The notes under the pieces were generated by a model. It was not told where the DNA came from. It did no database searches and was given only the letters and a program-made list of their open reading frames with translations. A stretch of 63,973 nt of DNA, counting the filler. It is 12 parts of 12 records of this genome, joined end to end, with 100 filler letters (N's around TTAATTAATTAA, not from the genome) between each part and the next. Parts side by side here need not be neighbours in the genome. Positions count along the whole stretch, not along the records: positions 56,552 to 60,427 come from SRR15195285_2213; positions 60,528 to 63,973 come from SRR15195285_2219; 10 more parts are not named here. The stretch is one strand, 5' to 3'. Numbering within the stretch: the stretch's first letter is position 1; each line of letters begins with the position of its first letter. This document shows, piece after piece, positions 58,965 through 63,973 of the stretch. Made by a program: the position numbers and the translations under genes.

Positions 58965-59882
58965 CTAGTGACAAGAACAACCATGGCCTTCACCACGCTG
59001 GCCAGTACGATAAGCACCGTTCCCAGCCATCTCAGAACAACCATGACCTGCACCAAGCATTGGCATCTGACGGTAGACAATCAGTGGCGCGATTCCTGTC
59101 CGACCGAGTCCAGTCCCTTGTGCAAAGATCCCAGCACCGTACTGCCGTGTACAGTTCTGAACCGCCTTGTTTCGTTTTCTCGAACTGCTTTCCCGTGCTG
59201 CCTGCGCCATACAAGCAGCCTTTGCTACTGGTCTAACGTTGGCCGCCTGCTGCCGTGACACCTGTGCCGCTTCTCGCTGGTACGCCGGTCGCGAAGGCAT
59301 CTGAACGTCACGCTGAGCGGCTTCTCTGCGTGTTTCGCGATACTGGCGCGCTTCGTTGACCTCTTGTCTCGCGGCGTTGGCACTTCTGGCTGCACTGACG
59401 ACGTTGCCTGACTGAGCCTGTTGCCTCGCGTTTTGAAGATTCTGTCCAACAACGGTTGCGCTGTGGGCAGCTTCGCGTGCATCTGTTGCTGTGCTGCGAG
59501 CTCTCGGTCCATACTTGGCAGCGCCCGTGGCCGCAATACCTGCGAGACCCGCCGCGGCTTTGTATTTGTTCTTGTGTTTCGCCCAGTGTTCTTTCAAACC
59601 CGAACCTTGCTGCGTACGAATCGAGATCTCGTCTGAGCTGGCGTCCAGTGAAGGTGGCAGGCCACGTTTTGTGATCATCGTCTTTTCTAGGAGCTGTCTC
59701 AACGTCAACTCCTCGGCTGGCTTCGATCCTGTCTTGCGTGTCCGCAACGGCAAGTTGAGCAACCAATTCTCTGGCAAATTTGGCGACATGTCCTTTGGGA
59801 GGCCAAAACCAGAACCCATCATGGCTACAATTTTTGTTGCCTGAGACGGCGAAATTGTACATCGACACTTCTTTTTGGCCAT
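58965..59882 (-). CDS. Basic core-like virion protein with repeated GxG motifs
   Basis: Arg/Ala/Gln-rich, about 305 aa from MAKKK. Motifs MMGSGF, QQGSGL, QYGAGI, AQGTGL, MLGAGH, MAGNGA and QRGEGH. Confidence 0.65.
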   Translation of the reverse strand: MAKKKCRCTISPSQATKIVAMMGSGFGLPKDMSPNLPENWLLNLPLRTRKTGSKPAEELTLRQLLEKTMITKRGLPPSLDASSDEISIRTQQGSGLKEHWAKHKNKYKAAAGLAGIAATGAAKYGPRARSTATDAREAAHSATVVGQNLQNARQQAQSGNVVSAARSANAARQEVNEARQYRETRREAAQRDVQMPSRPAYQREAAQVSRQQAANVRPVAKAACMAQAARESSSRKRNKAVQNCTRQYGAGIFAQGTGLGRTGIAPLIVYRQMPMLGAGHGCSEMAGNGAYRTGQRGEGHGCSCH

Positions 59883-59916
59883 GCTCTCGTTTGATCTTAC
59901 GTGACAAAATAAACTG

Positions 59917-60427
59917 TCATCGCGCATGAGGAGTCAGTCCTCGAAATGTCAACATCCCAGACCAGTGTTCATCGCTGGGTAGGTTCCGACCGGCCTGGTC
60001 CCGGAGCCTGATTGTGAGTCGCTCGGTCATTCCTACATGGACACCAGCTTGCGGTGCATCAGCCGGCATGTACACCTGTTGGTGTCCTGGCGCCGATTGG
60101 ATCGGAATGAAAGCGATGGCGTCGCTGTGGCCCCGACTCAAACCGTCCGAAGTCGCTTCGGGAGGTGCGTAGTTTCCGCTAGCGACGTCCAGTTCCACAC
60201 GAATTGCGTTGACCAAGTCGATCTGCGGCGCGTTGTCGCCCTGGACAACAACGCCTACATCGGCGTCTGTATCTATCAATCGGCTTTTCGAACCGAATCC
60301 GAGTAAATCGAGGAAGGACTGGTCATCAATGTGATACCCGATGGTGAAGTAGTCGCTCGGTGAGCCTCCATGGCCGACATGCGTAGCAATTTGCACTCGA
60401 TTGATTGACGGAATGTGCGACACGGTG
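59917..60427 (-). CDS. Minor capsid protein (penton, single jelly-roll), 5'-partial
   Basis: SFLDLLGF, VNAIRVELDVASGNY, IAFIPIQSAPG...YMP and LTIRLRDQAGR...EHWSGMLTFR match the Polinton-type penton C-terminal pattern. Confidence 0.8.
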
Positions 60428-60527
60428 NNNNNNNNNNNNNNNNNNNNNNNNNNNNNNNNNNNNNNNNNNNNTTAATTAATTAANNNNNNNNNNNNNNNNN
60501 NNNNNNNNNNNNNNNNNNNNNNNNNNN

Positions 60528-60986
60528 GGGGAGCTTCCATTGCTGAATTGTGGCGCAGAAGACACAGCTGTATACCCGAGGAAGATGCTGCACGTCTATA
60601 CTGCCACGGCACTAATCGACTCGCAATGCACGTACGTGACGCAAGAAGACTTGGATGAACTGAACCTGAAGCGACCGGAGCTGAAGCAGACCATGCGCAA
60701 GTATGCAATGCAGCGCGCTGAGCGATTTGGAATGCACATCAAGGATGATGAACCCACTGTCGAAACACGTAAATCCGGACCCGGTACCATCATCGAGCTA
60801 GCCGAAACAGCGAAGCAATTTTCAGAAGCATTGCTGAAGTATGACTTGGACCGCATACACTTGGAGAGCACAGGCTTGGAGCACAGCATCTTGCTTGATC
60901 AACTGTCCGCAGTAGATTTGCAAAACATCCACAACAGCTCTGTCGCGCTTCTGAAATCAGCACAAGCCGCTGTCGGTCGCGTCTGA
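60528..60986 (+). CDS. 3' end of a cyclic-nucleotide-binding-domain protein (probable CNG/K+ channel tail)
   Basis: GELPLLN...YTATALIDSQCTYVTQEDLDELNLKRPELKQTM resembles the C-terminal half of a cNMP-binding domain. Confidence 0.55.
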   Translation, partial: GELPLLNCGAEDTAVYPRKMLHVYTATALIDSQCTYVTQEDLDELNLKRPELKQTMRKYAMQRAERFGMHIKDDEPTVETRKSGPGTIIELAETAKQFSEALLKYDLDRIHLESTGLEHSILLDQLSAVDLQNIHNSSVALLKSAQAAVGRV

Positions 60987-61999
60987 AATTATCGAAGACA
61001 AGAGGTTGAGGTAAAGGCGGAGGTCTTCCGGTGGGCGGAACTCGTGAGCAGCTGCTGGTGGGCACACCACGGCATCGATTCTGCTCGGAGATTTCTTGTA
61101 TGACCTTCCTTTGTACAATGCACTCCGGCGCTGTTCTCGTGTTCGAATCTGCGCCCCTGCCTGAAGCTAGCTGTCGCGTGTGTGGTCTGATCACGGCGTG
61201 GCTCGCACAGGATTTCGATATTGGGTGCGTGGTGGGTTTAGCGTGGATGGCCGCGAGCTGCTGTCATGGTGGTGGTTTACGAGCGCACGTAGGAGCGCGG
61301 CAGAAGCTCGGTAGAGGGTTGCGAAAAAGGAGGGGGATGGGAAGAAGCTGTACGAGAGGGGAGAGCCGACGGACTCTAGTGTGTTGCACAGGCTAGCGTC
61401 CCACCTCGTCACCATCGCCGTGTCGTAGGCGGGAGGCAAATCTGAAACACGACTATGAACGCAGCTTGCATCACAATCTTTTTCGTGGCCGTCGACTCGA
61501 ATCCCGGTCCGGCTGAATCTCGCATTTATAGAACTATCCCGGCGCTTGCCATCTGTCATCCATACCCAGTGATTTCTCGAACCCCCTGGATCGGTCTGAG
61601 CTGATTTTCGGGAAAGAGTGGAGGAATTGAGTCTGGAGAATTCGCCCAGCCACTTCGCCCAGTCATCGATCACCTTTTAGCACTAGGAACTTCCTAATCA
61701 GGTGCCCATTCCAAAATCGTCTCAGACAGTGGGAGAAATCACTGGGAATACTGTGTGACACTAGATCTACCTCTAGAGAGGTACTACTACATGTAGTAGT
61801 AGTACTGGTAGATCTACAGCTGTAGTACCGACCATGCATCATCAGCCAGCAGGGCGCGGGTTCTCCGTACTCCGAGCGGGAGAGCCCCTCACGTTCGTCT
61901 CCTGACGAGCAACGAACTCTCACGGGGCGGAGCGCTGCACACGCTGCTGCCGATCTGCCTGGGCCGCCTGCGGAAGTGGACTGGGGGGTTGTGATAGGG

Positions 62000-62926
62000 A
62001 TGGCGTCGTTTGGCGACGCGACAGTGCATGAGGTGGCGTCGGAGCCCGCGCCAGAGCCAGCCGCTGCAGCAGATGCCGGCGAGTTGCAGACAGCGACCAG
62101 TGCCGCCGGTGCCGACTATGTGCCGGCCACGGCGCTCGAGGCGCGGATTGCAGAGGTCATCCGCGGGGTCACTTCGAAGCGGGAGCAGAAGCCGAAGTTC
62201 GTCAAAATCCAGCTGCAGTTCCCGAAGGTCGCAGCTGTGTTTGAGAAGGTCCGGGCGACGTTCGCGGAGATCGACGAGGATAAAAGCGGCACGATCGAGC
62301 TGAGCGAGATCAAGACCGCGCTCGCAAAGGTAAGCGAGCTCTTCGCACCGATCTCCGGTTAGTGTGACCGCCCCGCCTGTGCCCTCACTACTACCCCGCA
62401 TCAAACCGCCTTTGGGGAACGCTGCCGCAGATGGGAGCAGCGGTGACGGACGAGCAGGTCGAGAGCATCTTCGCTGCCGCCGACGAGGATGACAACGCCA
62501 AACTCTCGTTCCAGGAGTTTCTGGTGTTCCTTTGCATAGGCTACCTTCTAGAAGAGCTTCCTGCGGTCGAAGGGTTCCAGGCCGCGTTCGCTACGGCCCT
62601 TGACGCCTTCGACGTCTTTGATGTTGTGCGCTGAGCACCTCAAGCCCGCATTTTCGAGTCTTTCAGACGACTGCTGGCACTCGTGAAGAACCTTGTTGAC
62701 TCGAGTGCCGTGTCATTGCATCATGCTACACTTGGTGTTGCAGGCAAACCAGGGCGTAATCGTGTTGTCGGAGGTGCGGGCAACCCTAAAGGAGGTTGGC
62801 ACGCCGGAAACTCTTGTCGCGCGTATGGCTGAGATGGACAAGGATGGGAACGGATATGTCATATTCCCTGAGTTCCTCATGGCGTTCTGCGACTGGGTGG
62901 GTGTAGACGAAGATGAGGATGAGTGA
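62000..62926 (+). CDS. Calmodulin-like EF-hand protein (3 exons)
   Basis: EF loops DEDKSGTIELSE, DEDDNAKLSFQE and DKDGNGYVIFPE, with GT-AG introns between ORFs. Confidence 0.88.
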
Positions 62927-63973
62927 GGTGATCTGCAGTCATGACTGCCGTAACTTTGACGTCTGCGTACAATGCGTGCCTGTGACTCCTGTGTATAGTA
63001 ATCCGAACCAGCGACAATTTGGGTAATCAGCTGTGATCTACTCCCTTGCAAGCCGTTTACAGCAGCAGATCCGTGCTGAAAGCTGCGGCAGACGCTCGCC
63101 ACGCCTGCCCCACTGATCAGTTCTTGAGTTGTCTATCATTCTGGCAACATAGCGTGAATGACGAGCCTGTGTACTGACTTGGTACCTCAGACTAGAGATT
63201 GCAGCTTGCATTGCGATGGACGCACCCTCTGGCGATTGCTATGAGTGCGGTGCGGTGCAGCAGGAACCGAGTAGACTTGAGCGAAGCATGTGAAGCAGGA
63301 TGACGATGAATGCAAGGGTTGCCATGTTTGTGCACTTGCATAGTACAGGTGTTGCGGCCGAGGATGAGCTGAAATGATTCCGGCGATTCTGTCACGTCGG
63401 CAGCATCACAAAATTCACCATCTTGCATTTGCACATCACGCACTGCAGTCCGCCTCGCACAGCGTGTAGTTCTTCTAACCGCGATCGCCTCTATTGATGC
63501 TACTCACTGCCACTGGCCAGTGAGTCACGGGTGAGAGGCTCGTAACGTTCGTTTCCACCGTCAACTCTCTTTTTGAACGGACCAATTCCCTTGCGCTTCA
63601 TGGCAAATGTTCCCGCAGCCTTCATGACACATACGCGTCAACATTAGAGAGTATGGCACGATGCGAGCAAACGAAAGTGCACGCGATAATAGTCGGTGGC
63701 GCACGCACCAAGATAGCCACTACTGCCACCGAAACACACACCATCCGAAACACCCACCAATTCCGATACTTGCCGCACCCACCATCGCAGTCAGGGTGGC
63801 GGAATATGATCACATTACCAGGGGATTCGATGCACCCACCACCGGTCCAAAACCTGTGTGCGCACACCATCACGATCGTTCGGATTCATTGCTTGAGTCA
63901 AGGAAGGGGCGCTTTGACTCTCTACTGTTGTTAGGCGAAATGTGGAACTCTGGCAGCAGCGCCAGCTGGGGAC

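Larger units (their letters stand above)
57295..60427. mobile_element. Partial endogenous Maverick/Polinton-type virus (morphogenesis and chromatin module)
   Basis: Six densely packed intronless genes (0-34 bp spacers), including a penton, an adenain-family protease and proteins carrying candidate protease-substrate motifs. Truncated by the contig end. Confidence 0.85.

Noticed and set aside
58965-58981. A 17-nt GT...AG micro-intron (ATG|GTTGTTCTTGTCACTAG|GAT) that would give the protease an AUG
   Set aside because: It fits the frame, but the host introns I delimited are about 58 nt or longer. Kept only as an unlikely alternative to readthrough.
61191-61673. 160-aa minus-strand ORF
   Set aside because: No recognisable motif or supporting gene structure.
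62930-63973. Short ORFs at the window end
   Set aside because: No consistent frame or domain could be supported.

Overview
This window is not one locus. It is 12 unrelated contigs of a GC-rich, intron-containing microbial eukaryote, joined by 11 identical artificial 100-nt linkers (N44-TTAATTAATTAA-N44), so adjacency across linkers means nothing. Introns are short GT-AG introns, often with a CTRAC-like branch site; the taxon cannot be fixed from sequence alone. Most contigs carry host genes: FYVE/Slob-like pseudokinase, TALE homeobox, SH3/coiled-coil/SHOCT protein, Cys-less pLGIC, PATROL1/Munc13-like protein, TLC protein, cytochrome b5-alditol oxidase fusion, RWD-Obg GTPase fusion, condensin CAP-H, ARM/PH protein, amidohydrolase, DHX33-like helicase, ARP4 and an EF-hand protein. 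The standout is contig 56552-60427. There an intron-containing host SAP-domain gene abuts a compact, intronless Maverick/Polinton-type viral cassette: penton, core-like protein with repeated GxG motifs, adenain-family protease, pVI-like protein, SET domain and an acidic CHZ-like protein. The protease has no AUG and continues in frame directly behind the UAG of the core-like gene. A second highlight, missed by the ORF track, is an 868+ aa minus-strand ORF (<1-2604; Zn finger, OTU deubiquitinase, MORN repeats) facing a RING E3 gene across a spacer with five GGAACTAGC copies. All family calls are motif recognition by eye; no searches were run.
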